Source: Antedon mediterranea
Taxonomy: Eukaryota; Animalia; Echinodermata
Reading direction: 5' to 3'
NCBI RefSeq assembly: GCF_964355755.1
Contig: NC_092670.1
Location: 30,306,388 to 30,370,387, forward strand
DNA: 64,000 nt
Shown: piece by piece, positions 1-13,632 of the stretch
How the letters are laid out: each line of letters begins with the position of its first letter
How positions within the stretch are numbered: the first letter of the stretch is position 1
Notes under the pieces: model-generated
What the model was told of the DNA's origin: nothing
Seen by the model: only the letters and a program-made list of their open reading frames with translations
Database searches by the model: none
Position numbers and translations under genes: made by a program

Positions 1-116
1 AAATAGTACTCCATGGTCTACCATCCCAAATACACCATTCTGTTTATGGATTTATTGTTAGTCCTTTGTCTACCCATGGAGTATTAAATAGTACTCCATG
101 GTCTACCATCCCAAAT
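1..116. repeat. 85-bp direct repeat (partial, runs off window) downstream of the DNAJB6 stop
   Basis: aaatagtactccatggtctaccatcccaaat at 1 and 86; internal TACTCCATGG..CCATGGAGTA inverted pair. Confidence 0.6.
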
Positions 117-387
117 CAAAACCTTTTTTATAATAGTAATAGTATATGTCATTAAAACTGGATTTATTTTAATAATTATTTTTCTCTGTAACATTTACTA
201 TTAATAAATTGATATTAGATCATCATTGTAGGCTTCTTAGATGTAAATTTCTCTTTAAATTGTTCATTTTTAATTCATTTTGAAATTCGAAATATATTTG
301 ATTTGATTATTATAACCATGCTTAAAGCCCAAATTTATATGCAAATATGTAAGACACATGTGTATTATACAAATGGGATGCAAATGA

Positions 388-3300
388 TTAATATCCAAGT
401 GCTTGTTGTTGACCATTGACAATTCTAGATTTCAAAACTCCATTTTCTTCAACTGTAATAGTTTCGTTACCATCTTGTATAACTCTGAATTAAAAGAGAA
501 TACAAAACTTAGATTGGTGAGAAAAAAAAAAATCTTCATTCACAGTGGTGAGTGATAAACTATAAAACCCATGTGGTAGATTGAGTCATTGGTCATCAAT
601 TTTTGGTGGGACTTTTAAACCAGATCCCTTACAGGGACCAAAGTTTCCATCATTTATTCATTCCATCATAAATAAACTGTATTTAATCAATTATCATAAT
701 TAAATAAAATTAGACTAGAGTTATACAATTTTAATTTAAGTAGTTGTTTTTTTTCTTCTAAAGATTATTGTTGACACCTAAATGTATCATTGCAATTTGT
801 TAATTTCATATTAAAAAATGTGCATTATTTTCTCCAATTTCAAAAGTATAAATAATATTGACATTAGCTTTTTTTAATCCTGAATATTGCTATGCTCTGC
901 TCAAATATTTTATATTTATTGAATGGCTAAAATATTTTCAATCTTTCTATTCTGTCGTTGAAATTGGCATCGTTGAATAGAACAGTCAATCTTTCAACTC
1001 ATAAAATATTTTTCTCATTCAACCCACAAACATTCACTAGTGGGTATGGATAGTGACTGCTGTTAAACTGAAAAGCAGAAAAGAAAAATAAAGCATACTT
1101 TGTAGTTTTAATTCTTTTTCCATTAACTGTCTTTATTGATGTTGAAGATGACCTTCGAGATCCGCCACTACCCACATTTCCAAATGAAGATGTACTTGAG
1201 AATGCTGAAAAGCTATTTATGTAAAAAAAAAATCATTATGAAATGTCATTTTAAATATAAATTTTAGATAAATATTGTAAATGTATTTTAAAATAAAAAT
1301 TTCAATTAAAATTTGATGGTACAAATTCATTGATTTCGTCTTAAAGTTAAACAGCAGGAGTTTAAAGTTAAAAGAACAGAAAGTAAATTCTACTGTAGAA
1401 CATAAACCCCATACATTTATGTTTAGGTTTCTTGTAAATATAAATTACAGTATTTTTCACTTGGCACTTGGTTTGATGTAATGCAGTAATTTCTATTTTT
1501 TTTTACTCCGAGTGAATGTCTGTAATAGTTTGTGTCAATTAGATCAAGTTGCTATCTTTACATAGTGTGAATTAAAAGGAGCAGCTTGATCAGCATAATG
1601 TTTAAAGTTTATTTCAGCAGAAACTGGCCCTGAGCCTAACAATAATACATTTACACTTTACAGCAAACAAATCTGTTGTATTAGGTCTCTCCTTATTATT
1701 ATATAATCAAATAAAACATACCTTGAACCCATTCCTTGATTGTGAAATGAGCTGTCAAAACTAATGAAGCATGCAAAATAAGATGAGTTAGTAACATTAT
1801 TACAAAGCCATACAAAATCAGGACACAATTTGGGAGCTTCTTTCAATTTGCGACGACCAAGAAACAAGTTCAAGTTAATTCATTGTTCGCATGTGAGGAA
1901 GTTGGGAGGTGGTTCATCACACTCTATTCAGTTTGTTAATTTTTAGATCCATTGAAGGCATACAGGTGTCAATCAGCAGTTCTTAGATCGTCGCAAATCA
2001 AAATCTCACTACTAAATATAAATCTCCAACAGGGTTCAAATACATTTTCCAGCTATTGTTGTTTAACTTCTTGGAAGGAAAAATCCTTTTCTAACTAAAA
2101 TTGGAAAATTGCCAAAAAACAAGGTATTGGAAAAAACAAGAACTATAGTAAAAAGTGTTTTGGAAATCAAATCTAGAACAGGTTATTATACAGGTGTTGT
2201 GTCAAGAATTGAATGTTACCTTTTCCCTTAATAACTAAATTATTCTAAGTTCTTTTCTAGGATTTTCTGAATGCATTGAACCCTGTGAAAAACTAATCAC
2301 ATTATAAACTAATTTTATAACAATTGTACTTTATTATTTTCTTTTGAAAATTAAAGTACAACATTCATTAACTGACAAGTGTTCTTAAAATGAAGAAACA
2401 AACGTTACAGGGATGTGTTAGTAATAATTGAAGGGGATGGGTCAGGATATGTTAAAGCAATCATGTATAAAAAGTTTCTTTCAGACCATCTTTCGCAATT
2501 TTAAAATTCTAATTACAAGAAGTAGTTTTCTTTCTACAGTATATTCAGGCCACAGTAGTAAAATTAAGTATATTTTTTGTGTGAATTTGTGTTTAATTAA
2601 AAAAAAAATCCTAATAATATAAAACATACTGTACAAGCATCGACAAGTTCCTCTGTACAATATTAAATACCCTATATAATAACTTTTAAAGGATTAAAAA
2701 ACAGAAACCCTCACAAAAAAACATATTTTTTTAGTATGTTATATGTAATTAATGTATTGTAAAGATAATGTAAATCTAAATAACTTAATTTTACTTAATT
2801 AACAATTTTTTTTACAATTCATTCTCATAAAGTATAAAAGCATTATCTTTTTGATTTGTCAAATTCATATTGAGAGGTTAAATTGTGTTTTAAAGAGTGT
2901 AAAAATAGTTTTTATTTGTCAGTTTTTGAAAATAAAATACTATTATTAAGCACATAACAGTAATAGTAATTGAAGACGTGTGTCTAGAAAACTTAGATCT
3001 AGAAAACTCAGATCTCAGATATATCTGAGTTTTCTAGATCTAGAAAACTCAGATATCAATATCTGACTTTTGTAGTTCCAAAATGGAACTAGAAAACTCA
3101 GATCATCAAATGATTGATTGATAGGTCATTTGGATCATTCCATTATTAATCAGAATTTGTTACCGTTAAAATGTAGGCTTAAAAATCAGGTATGTACGAG
3201 TTGGTGTGAGTACGAGTTGATTGAGGTATGAGTTAGACAAGTTGGGAATAGGTACGAGTTTTTTCCAGATCTAGAAAACTAAGATATATCTGAATTTTCT

Positions 3301-6300
3301 AGATCTAGAAAACTCAGATATATCTGAGATCTGAGTTTTGTAGATCTGAGTTTTCTAGACACACATTGAAGACGCATTCTATATCAACAAACAGATTTTA
3401 GACTTATCTCAAACTGAAATGCAGTCAATCAAATTTAAAGTGTGTAGGAGCACATATGCTGACCTAAATTAACCATCTAGTTCACACCCTATGTTCACAT
3501 AGCCTACATAACATATTTCAGCTGTGTTTAATTGAAATCGCTTCACATTGACACATTTCATTTCTAATGAGCAAATTCTTTTCAGTTCCATGTGGACATA
3601 AGCCTACTGTACTGTACCTAAAAAAACACAATTATCATCATTTCCCAAGTGAACAACAAAACAAGTGAATAATAATTATTTTCAAGAATTGTTTCTAAAA
3701 TTACCCTCCCATCTGGAACATGTATCCATATTGGCTATTGAAAAAATAAATTTGAAGGAAATGAGTATGGGAAGTACATTCAAATAATATGTTGGTATTA
3801 AATTGGTTAATTTGTGATTGTTCTACACACTGTGATTAATCTACTCTTCTATTCTAAGCCTGTTTGTTAAGGTAAATTTATTTGTGCAAATTGAAATAGT
3901 CAGCATACATGTATACATATAATCTTTCAAATCTTCATTGAGTTGAGTTTTTCACTTGGTAAGCAAAATTACCAGTATCAATAGTTTTTAATTAGATTAA
4001 TTTTAATCAGAAAATTGCACAACAAATCAAAGCTCGGAAAATTAGTGCCATCTTCATGCACATCGAACAGCTCAGCAGACATGTAATCAAAATAGAAATC
4101 ACTATTTGCTTTTGTAGTTAAAAATAGTAAATAAAAAGGGTAGCGCAAATTTGCCTAGTGGCAAGGCTTTAAACATAAACTAATTAGATGTTGATAATAG
4201 TGACTGATACCTTGTTAGAAAATGGATGGATAATTCTAAATGGGAAAGAGTTAGTTAACTAATACAACAGCACAGTGTACTACAGAGACTGTAGTTATCT
4301 AACATACATCATACTGACAAATACAACCTCACCTAGGTTAAAAAACACAATTTATACCCACTGTTATCAGTGTGGTACTAAAACAAATACATACTTCATA
4401 TATAAATAAAATTTTCTTATATTATTTATTTATGAACATTTAACATGACAGGAAACAGATTATATTAGTATGTGTAATTTTCACTTCATTTTAAATTCAC
4501 AAATTATCATGAGTGAACTCTATGTTTTGGTAGCTACACCCATGCAATCACTACAACATACCCTTTTTGAGGAATTGTTAACAAGCCCATATTTGGTGGC
4601 AAGAATGGGCCACTGAAAAGATAATCACATATTTCATTCAACTAAATATTACGGTTTCTGCTACTGCCACTGACCAATAGAAAAAAAAGGTGGGTCCCTT
4701 TAAAAAAATGTATCTCTCCCCATCATATCCCCTCTCCTCTACAATCCCATCTAGAAAGGTTATTTTGATTGATAGATTCACTTATTCTACATGAGGATAA
4801 AAAACACATGTTTTCTAGAAATATACCTGTAGTGATAACACATATTTGGCGAGTGCCAAAATAATGTTTAAAACAAGATTTTCTTTCAATTCATCACAAC
4901 ATACTTCATTTTACATAACATTTTTAATACTTAAATTTTCATGAATATCAAGCTGTTTACTTACCCGCCGAAACCACCAAAAGAACCAAACCCAGCCGAG
5001 GCAAAGCCATCTTGGAACATGCTTCCATGGGCTGGGTTCCTTGACCGAGACGATTCTAAAATAAAACCATGGCACATTTAATGTTATTCATCATATTCTT
5101 TATTATGGAACTCAAGTAATTAATTAAAGAACACAAGTAATCTTGAAAATGGGTGGCAACCAAACTATAAACAATGGGTGTCAACCAAACTATGAGTTTC
5201 AATCAAACGATGTGTGACAACCAAACTATGGGGGGTGTCTAGAAAACTCAGATCTAGAAAACTCATATATCAATCTGACTTTTCTAGTTCCAGAATGAAA
5301 TTAGAAAACTCAGATCATCAAATGATTGGTTGGTAGGTCATTTGGATCATTCTATTATTAATCAGAAGGTAGGTCATTTGAAATACTAGACTATTATAAA
5401 AAATGGTTAGTAGGCATAGGCCTAACTAATATTGTAACATGTAGAAGCGGCCTACGGTTTAAATCATAAAGAAAATACAGTACACGTTACTGTTAAAATG
5501 TAGGCATAAAAATTAGGTATGTACGAGTTGGTATGGGTATGAGTTGGTTGAGGTACGAGTTAGCCAAAATGGGAATAGGTACTAGTTTTTTTTGGGTACG
5601 AGTTGACCACTTCTAGCCTAGGCCTACAATAGTAGGATACATCGGAAAAAGTAAGATATCTGAGTTTTCTAGATCTAGAAAACTCAGATATATCTGAGAT
5701 CTGAGTTTTCTAAATCTGAGTTGTCTAGACACCCAACTATGGGTTTCAATCAAACGATGGGTGTCAACCAAACTATGGGTTTCAACCAAACGATGGCCGT
5801 GTCTACCAAATGGGTTTCAACCAAACGATGGGTGACAACCAAACTATAGGTTTAAATCAAACAATGGGTGTCAACAAGTGATTTGTAATAGCCGAAGGCT
5901 GGATAGCAATCTATAGTGTTATAGCAGTTCAAGAAGTGATTCTCCATAGAGAGGGAACCAACAAGATGGCTGCTGCAATCGACAAATCAGATATGCCCTA
6001 CACACTTCTACGCCTGTGTTGAGCCTATCTGTGTGAAAACGATACGCAATGCGGCGCGTTAAGCGTATAAACGCAAACGCATTTTATATGATCCTTGTAT
6101 TAAAAAAATGCTAGATTACCAAGAAATTATACATTCTATTGCGATTAACAATAAATATGTAATTTTATAAAAACTTCACTGTGCTTTGACAAGAATGTGT
6201 GTTATAATTTATGTGGTCTTAATGTATTATATTAGATTATTATTTTTTATATTAAATAATGTTTTTGAACACATTTACGGCCGCCATCTTGTTGGTTTTC

Positions 6301-9300
6301 CTTCACTTTTCAGTCTGGAGTACGCCCTCTAGTGTTCTTATTACATCTCTCTGGTGTCAACCAAACAATGGGTGACAACTAAGCTATGGGTTTCAATCAA
6401 ATGATGGGTGACAACCAAACTGGGTTTCAATCAAACGATGGGTGTCAACTAAACTATGGGTGACAACCAAACGATGGGTGACAACCAAACGATGGGTGAC
6501 AACCAAACTGGGTTTCAATAAAACAATGGGTGTCAACCAAACAATGGGTGTCAACCAAACAATGGGTGTCAACCAAACTATGAGTTTCAATCAAATGATG
6601 GGTGTCAACCAAACTATGGGTTTCAATCAAACGATGGGTGAAATCCAAGTTAGTTATGAAAGACAAAACATACCAAAAAAGGCTGAGAACGGGTCATCTG
6701 TTCCAAAAAATTCTCTGAAAATATCTTCTGGACTGCTGAACTGATATGCAAATCCTTGGTGATGTCCAAAGTCGTTAAAATTATTGAATTCATTGAAATC
6801 AAAATCTAAAAAAAGAGAGAGTGAGTCATTGTAATAGAAATTTTACATAAGTTGTTTTTACTCTTTTTTATTTTTAGTTAAGAATTATTTTACCAATATA
6901 TTATTACAAAAGATGAAAGGTCTATAATAAGCTGCAGGATGTAATCATTCTTATGTAATAATGGTGCAATCACAGGCTATCAGGACCAAAGAAGGTGGGG
7001 TTAGGGTAATGATGTATCAAAAATAAACTACAGTATATTGGGAGGGTACATTAAACCGCTCTAGAGTGGGTTCTGGGTATTGCTTCTATACTATATATAA
7101 ATAATAAAAGAAAGTATACCTCGTCCACCATTGTCATAAATTTCTCTTTTCTTTGCTGAAATACAAAAAAAAAAGCATATTGTGTATTAACTTATTATAA
7201 TTTATGTGCTATTATGTTGATTTTTTAAGCTTTCTGCCAGCTACTATTTTATTGTGTATTGGCTATAACCCAACCCAGGTTTAGTTGTAGTTTACAGAAA
7301 CAGCTGATGATATAGTGGTTATTGAAATTACCAACATTTTGAAAGGCATTAATAGATTATGTGGCCCACCTTGGTCACCCTTTGTAACATTGTATGGGGT
7401 AAATTATGCCAACAAATCTACAGAATAACAGGTAAATATTATTTTGATAACAGCTGTCAAATTAAACCTACTTAACCCTATATATATAAACATGATCCAC
7501 CTGCTAGAGTGAAGATATTTTCTCACAATCAGTGCCAGAAAATGTTATCATTTTGATAGATGTCTTTAATAAATAACACTTAAATAAGTTAATCAGAGGA
7601 TGGAACATATGTTATGAAATCCTAATAGTTAGGCCATGTTAATACCAATAGAGTTACATAGTTTTTAGCCTAATAAAACGCTAACAAATATTATGATTGT
7701 ACAGTGTTTTAATGTATGACATGCCTTAAAATGCTGAACCCCACTGTTGGACAGACAAATGAGTGCAGTTTGGTGGCAGATGTCAACATGAAGTGGAGAA
7801 GTTTGTATAAGTTACTATTCAGTCCAGTAGGCTGGTTATTTTTTCCACATTTACATACATAAATGAAAGAAAGGGGTCGGGGGGGGGGGGGGTTGTGGTG
7901 GTAATGTTACAGGTTTTTATCAATACAGAATGTTTTTTTTTCAAACATGAAACATCCTGAAAGATAAAACTTTCATTGTGACAAAAAGTTTTGTGATTTG
8001 TGCCACTTAGCACTCACTGGCTAAACCCAGGGCCCCAGAGCTCGGGCTCTACAGCATGGGCAGTCCTAATTGCAACTATCCAGAATTGGAGGTCCCTTAG
8101 GAGTGCTAAACATTATATTGCTGTGCCCTCGTTTACAATTTAACCATCGGCACTGCTATCAAATTAGTCATAACTCCATCAATGTGAACACAGCCTTAAA
8201 TGTATTTGCAAATGATTCAACAGTTTATGAAGAATGACATTTTAGGTTTTAAGATTTATAACTATTATGGGATGTATGTTATTGTTATCCTTTAATGTGA
8301 ATGTTTGTTCTGAGATAACCTTCTATACAAACAAATCAATAAATTTACTTTTTTTTGCCAATCTAACCTATAATAATGTCCTTATAATTTAATCTTTGTA
8401 ATAAATATGTGTGTTGCTTATTTCAAATTATCACTGATTTTTTAATTCAGTACATATATGTTTTGACATTCTAACAGTTTAGTCTATTGGCCAATCATTA
8501 TTATTTTATTTTTGATTGATTAATATGTTGGGAGAAATTTGTTTGTACCATGTTACTACCTAAGCAAATAATTCATGGGAATGTTATTGTTTGTTCTGAG
8601 ATAACCTACAAACAAATCAATAAATCACCCTTTTTTGATAATATATAATATTGTACTTATTATATCGCTTTATGCACAAAGCTACTAAGCTACAATTATT
8701 ACCCCGGCCATTTTTGGATCAAACATGGAAAAATGCACCAATAAAGTTGCAGCCTGCTCTAATAATCAGTGCAAAACAAAAGAAAACGCAAGTCTTGCCT
8801 AAAAAAGATACAAGCAATGCGACAAGCTCAAACTCACATTGATCAGTAGTCCAACGTCCAATAAATGTACTGTTTTAACAAATTAATTAAAAAGTATGAT
8901 ACTCGCATTGTGTACCACATTTTAAGAGCTTTTCGTAAACAATATGTCTGATTACAAATTAAATTAAAACTGGTTTGAACAATAATATTTTTTTTTTCAA
9001 TTTTTATTTCTTGAATCATATGAACCAAAGTCCAAAAAGTATATATCTTCTTATCTAACCTTTGTATTACATTTCCAGGAATGATAAGTCCATGGTATGC
9101 TGCATAAAGTTGTTTACAACATTGTTTACCATTATGTAATGTGAGGAGATGGCAATTTTGCAAGCATTTCACACATTTTTCCGCAACTTTTTGCAAATGA
9201 TGATCTAAGCATTAAACACAAAGAATTGCAAATACCAACAGGGCTTAATATTGGGTCTAGGCCAAGAATAGCCTGGTACGTCTGTGGAGAGTTAATTTTT

Positions 9301-10419
9301 CTTATTTTGCTTTTGAGTACCATTTTACAAGTTAATAATTCTATAAAAGGTTAAAGGCATTTGTACCGAATGTTTCCCCCTATTTTTCTACATTTTTTTT
9401 TCATACATCTTTATTTTAGATACTGAACATAAATCATGTTGGCTAAATGTGTGCAGATCAGAGAAACAGTAATTTACCATCAGATAATACTTCATAAGCT
9501 GCTGACACTTCTTTGAATTTATTGTTAGCCTCTTCTTTGTTTGATGGATTCTTATCTGGATGCCATTTCAAGGCTAATTTACGATATCTGAAATGAAAAA
9601 CCATATTTATCTTTATTTTTTTTCGCAGGAGCATGTAACCATTTACTTTAACAGATGCCGTCAACATTTTATTCATTTGCATAAATTTTCAGCGAACAGT
9701 TACGTTAATGTACTTGTTCGTTTTGATTTCACGCTTTGATGGGAAGTGTAGAACACAATCCATGTGTCACGCACACAAAATATGCCACTCATTTAAAATA
9801 AATCATGGAATACCTTGGGCCTAGCTAGGCATATTTAATCATGCATATTAGGTGATATATACTGTAGGATTGTGATGAACAATTCTTGTTTGGCTTTAAA
9901 TTAAAAACATTAAACTTTAAATTTACCATTTGTTTTCTTAATTATATTGCAGAATTTTAATGATTCATTTCATGCTTTAATACCCTTCAGTTAAAGTTTT
10001 TCATTGACGCTATTTTTCAGAAATAAGGTTCTCGACACATAACTACGGTCTTCCATAATGCTTGCGCATGCGCAGATCAATTTGTTTACAAAGCGACCGG
10101 AGCTTGCACGTTGCATGTTGGGAAATAGTGTTTACATGCTCCTGCGAAAGCTCCCTAATATTTGTTTTGGATATTGTTCTATTATTAGATGAGAAATCAT
10201 CATGAATGTTCATCAGGAAACTTCAGATAATTGGGCTTAATTACCTAAGGGTACTCGCATACAGTTTTTTTCAAATCTATTTCATCACAATTTGACAGCG
10301 ACCAATGTTGCCGAATAAAAAATAGAACTTAAGATCTATGTGCATAGTACTTACGCTTTCTTGATATCATCTGCAGTTGCATCTCTACTAACGTCGAGAA
10401 CTTGGTAATAGTCCGGCAT
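388..10419 (-). CDS. DNAJB6: DnaJ/Hsp40 subfamily B member 6-like co-chaperone (short isoform, 227 aa)
   Basis: Exons (minus): 10419-10355, 9587-9478, 7155-7120, 6805-6674, 5055-4965, 1760-1722, 1212-1099, 484-388; all GT-AG, phases join, 684 nt. [23 protein letters not shown] (J domain, HPD), G/F region [12 protein letters not shown]-rich region, C-terminal [30 protein letters not shown] 5'UTR acceptor at 10433-10434 implies an upstream non-coding exon. Confidence 0.93.
2978..3364. mobile_element. MULE-type MITE, family A copy 1
   Basis: TIRs gtgtgtctagaaaac...gttttctagacacac; exact 9-bp TSD ATTGAAGAC (2969-2977, 3365-3373). Confidence 0.88.
5233..5734. mobile_element. MULE-type MITE, family A copy 2
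   Basis: TIRs gggtgtctagaaaac...ctagacaccc; 9-bp TSD AACTATGGG (5224-5232, 5735-5743); internal homology to 2978-3364. Confidence 0.88.
5875..6353. mobile_element. Non-autonomous CA..TG element with 7-bp TSD (P/Galileo-like)
   Basis: Imperfect TIRs caagtgatttgtaata / tattacatctctctg; GTGTCAA on both sides (5868-5874, 6354-6360; partly confounded by the host repeat); internal inverted ccaacaagatggc/gccatcttgttgg. Confidence 0.6.
10063..10135. promoter_or_regulatory. Intronic CpG-rich motif cluster: NRF1/P3A2 palindrome, ZNF143/Staf-like site, FOX-like sites
   Basis: TGCGCATGCGCA at 10063-10074; tgcatgttgggaaatagt (rc ACTATTTCCCAACATGCA); two TGTTTACA. Confidence 0.45.
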
Positions 10420-10552
10420 TGTTTGACAGTATCTAAAGAAATAAATAATGCAAAATCAAATTTGTATTATTTTATCTTTTAATTATAGTGAAATATACAT
10501 CATGTGTTCTTTAACACATGTTACCATTTTGTCATAGAAATTTGATTTATTT

Positions 10553-10708
10553 AAGCCGAATTTCCACTAGAGGAATTTGTTCGCGCGAATCGAAAGTGTC
10601 AGCTAATACGCATGCGTAGAGATGGATTTGGAAGATGGAAACATGAATATGCATGCGTATCAGCTGACGCTTTCGCGCGAACAAATTCGCCTAGTGAAAA
10701 ATTGGCTT
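10553..10708. mobile_element. Palindromic MITE (Harbinger/Tourist-like)
   Basis: aagccgaatttccactagaggaatttgttcgcgcgaa ... ttcgcgcgaacaaattcgcctagtgaaaaattggctt. Confidence 0.7.
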
Positions 10709-11290
10709 GATGTTTAGTAGTACTAAATTCAATATAAAAAAATAAAACAAAACATCATCCCATAGCTTAATCCAGGTCAAGCAGATACATTAAGGCATAA
10801 GTAGCAGGATAACAGGTAAATTTCTTTCGGGAAACAAAATAAACTTTTTGTGTATGCTTGTGATCATATGGCTTTTACTCACTAAATTTCGGTTTTGACC
10901 ATTGTTTTTCACTGAGTCAAAAGCCATAGGCATAGACGGATATTTTATTTTAGGGTGCGTGTATTTTATTATTGACATCTCAGCATGGGTGCAGAATCGT
11001 AATTCCTAGTAGAATTTCATTACCAGTAGGCCTAGGTTGATTTTGCATCAAAATTAAATTTTAAAAGCAACAGATTTCAAAGAGTCACCAATATTATTAT
11101 TAATTGCCAAGGCCTCCTAGGCCTAGTTAAGGGGACTGTAAAATTATAGATATGCCTACTTACTTAGTCTAGCTAGGTCTATCTATAATTAAGTACCATG
11201 AATGATTTGAAGGAATATAGAATAGGCATCTAGACTAGTAATTTGACTAGGCCTAGTCAAGTTTACGGTTCAACCTAGGCCTGTATTATT

Positions 11291-12620
11291 TACCTCCGCC
11301 AAGGAGGTATATGTAATCGGTAGCGTGTGTTTGTTTGTTTGTTACTTGGCCAAATTGAAAATTGGCCAAGTATGTTGATCTGTTTGTTTGTTTGTTTGTT
11401 TGTTTGTCATCACTCTAGCGCTCACAGTTTTGATTCGAATGACTCCAAATTAATACCATACATGTCACCTGGTGCAAGGACGACACCGCCCAATTTTGGT
11501 TAAAATCTGGACCACGGTTCCAATTCTGGGCCACTTTTAAAAATTATTTTCAGACCTGCTAGTGTTAAAAGATAGGACAGAATTATCAAAAGCCGGTGAG
11601 CAGTCTTAAATTAACAAGTAAACTTAAATTACATTTTCTCGAGAACTACTAGTCCAAAAAACTTCATTTTTGTACAAGAGGCAAGAGTTATAATTTGTGA
11701 TTTGTAATTTTAATACTTAATTAGATTTAATGTAGAGGTTTTTTGATGCGAGTAGTTTACAAAATCTATTTCGTTTCAAATTCAACCGTGTGTTTTTCGC
11801 GTTGCTGTTCTATTGTTAGCCGACTGAAGCTATTGTTCGTTGAAAGGCTGGTTACATAACCTGTACACCTAACTCGTTTACACAGGATTGTAGTATAATT
11901 AGCTTAAATCACACAGCATAAGACATACACTTTTGGTGAAAATTGGGTCAATGTCAGGAGGCCAATTTTGATTTGGCCAAGTATCGCGCTATGCGCGAAG
12001 GCTAGTTTGTTTGTTAGCAGGATTACTCAAAAAGTAATTACAAGATCTTTACCAAAATGAATATACAGATAGATATGTGGTCAAGGACCATTCCATTAAA
12101 TTTTGGGACCATTGTCCCAATTCTGGACCACTTTTTAGTATACTTTTCAGACCTGCTAGTGTTAAAAGATAGGACAGAATTTTTCAAAAGCCGGCGAACA
12201 GTCTTAAAGTAACAAGTATACTGACATTGCATTTTCTCGAGAACTACTTGTCCAAAAAACTTCATTTTTGTACAAGAGGCAAGAGTTATAATTCGTGATT
12301 TGTAATTTTAAAACATAATTTGATTTAATGTGCACGTTTTTTGATGCCAGTAGTTTAAAAAACCTATTTTCTTTTCAAATTCACTAGTTTGATTTTCGCG
12401 TTGCTGTTCTATTGTTAGTCAACTGAAGCTATTGTTAATTGACAGGCTTGTTACATAACCATTACACCAAACTCGCATAAACATGCCTATAGTGAAATTA
12501 GCCTAAATCACAAACAGCATTAAGACACACACAAATATATATATTTTTTTTTTTACCGGAGAAATCTTATGTAGGAGAATTTTACAGTAGGCGGAGGTAT
12601 GCACTCTCGGAGTGGCTTTT
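11291..12620 (+). mobile_element. HINE/DINE-1-like non-autonomous Helentron, family H1 copy 1 (contains nested H2)
   Basis: 5' TACCTCCGCC-AAGGAGGTA, (GTTT)n, 3' subTIR GGCGGAGGTA plus hairpin CACTC-TCG-GAGTG; T-rich flanks, no TSD; homologous to 30492-31155 and 62094-62688. Confidence 0.8.
11343..12006 (+). mobile_element. Nested HINE-like element, family H2
   Basis: 5' palindrome tacttggccaaattgaaaattggccaagta, (GTTT)n, 3' ttggccaagta plus hairpin tcgcgc-tat-gcgcga plus ctagt; sits in the H1 microsatellite. Confidence 0.75.
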
Positions 12621-13156
12621 GTATTTTATAATTTCGTGAATAAATAAAGATTTTGACTGATTGCCTAGGCCTAGTTACACTACTACTAGTTTTTACTAAC
12701 TAGGAGATTAGGCCTACTACTACTACTCAGTACTAGAAAACAGGATTCAGGGAGCTAGATCTAGAACTCAATTCAACTACCGTAAATACATTATTTATTA
12801 GGCCTAGGCCCTCTAGTCGGACTACGAATAGCTATACCTATCTAGTATGCCCAGGCCCCATAGGCCACTCTACCCCGTCTACTACTAACTAGTACTCTAG
12901 GGCCCAATGCACACGGCGCACTCTACTTACACTCCTAAACAACTACTAACTAGCCACTTCAGGCCTAGAATCCTAGGCCTAGCTACTACTCTAGGTAGTA
13001 GGAGGCCTAAATAAACAAACACTGTGAAAAAGGATACGTGCAAAATTCACTGTAAAAATACTACTAACAAATCAAGTTATTTCGTAATTATAGGACAGTT
13101 TGTAGCTTGATTAATTCAGGCATAAGCTGGTATCATTTTTATGTACTTTAATGAAC

Positions 13157-13171
13157 AGAATGTTCTAGAAA
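13157..13171. promoter_or_regulatory. Perfect heat-shock element (nGAAnnTTCnnGAAn) in the putative DNAJB6 promoter
   Basis: aGAAtgTTCtaGAAa 5' of an Hsp40 gene; CpG-rich 13200-13330 with further TTCnnGAA; possible minus-strand TATA-like 13085-13092. Confidence 0.65.
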
Positions 13172-13632
13172 AATAATGTTTATTTACAGTTTTTGTTCTA
13201 CCGTCACGGATGACTGGTGGCGCGGTTAATAAACTTTATTTTAAAAATGTAAACAATGTCGGTTTATTCCTGGCAGCTAGCAGCGGGTTTTCCCGAAAGT
13301 GGGTTCGGCAAAACTCGACAATTCTCGGAAAGAACTGTTTTGAAATTGTCATTTGTTTGTTTTTAATATTAATAAACAAGAAATATTTCTTACAAAAAAC
13401 GCCGCTCGACATTTGAAAATTAATCATTGTTCTTTCTTCAGATATATTTATGATTAATTATTAAAAAGATGTCCTTTAATCGCAAAAATACATACTTGAT
13501 CAAAGATAGATCAATCACATGCCCATTTAAAAATGGTCAATTTCAATGTGATGGGTGTGTGTGCATAGAGAATATCTCTATGGTGTGTGTGACCTCAACC
13601 TGTAGGCATGCAACTGAATATACCCTCTAGAG

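Larger units (their letters stand above)
5148..6640. repeat. 18-bp minisatellite (CAACCAAACWATGGGTGT) split by two insertions, abutting a DNAJB6 donor
   Basis: Units at ~5148-5232, 5735-5874, 6354-6640. Confidence 0.9.

Noticed and set aside
6393-6666. ORFs with VNQTMG/VTTKRW repeats
   Set aside because: Artefacts of the 18-bp intronic minisatellite
8300-8630. Short direct duplication in a DNAJB6 intron
   Set aside because: Ordinary degenerate local duplication with no further structure
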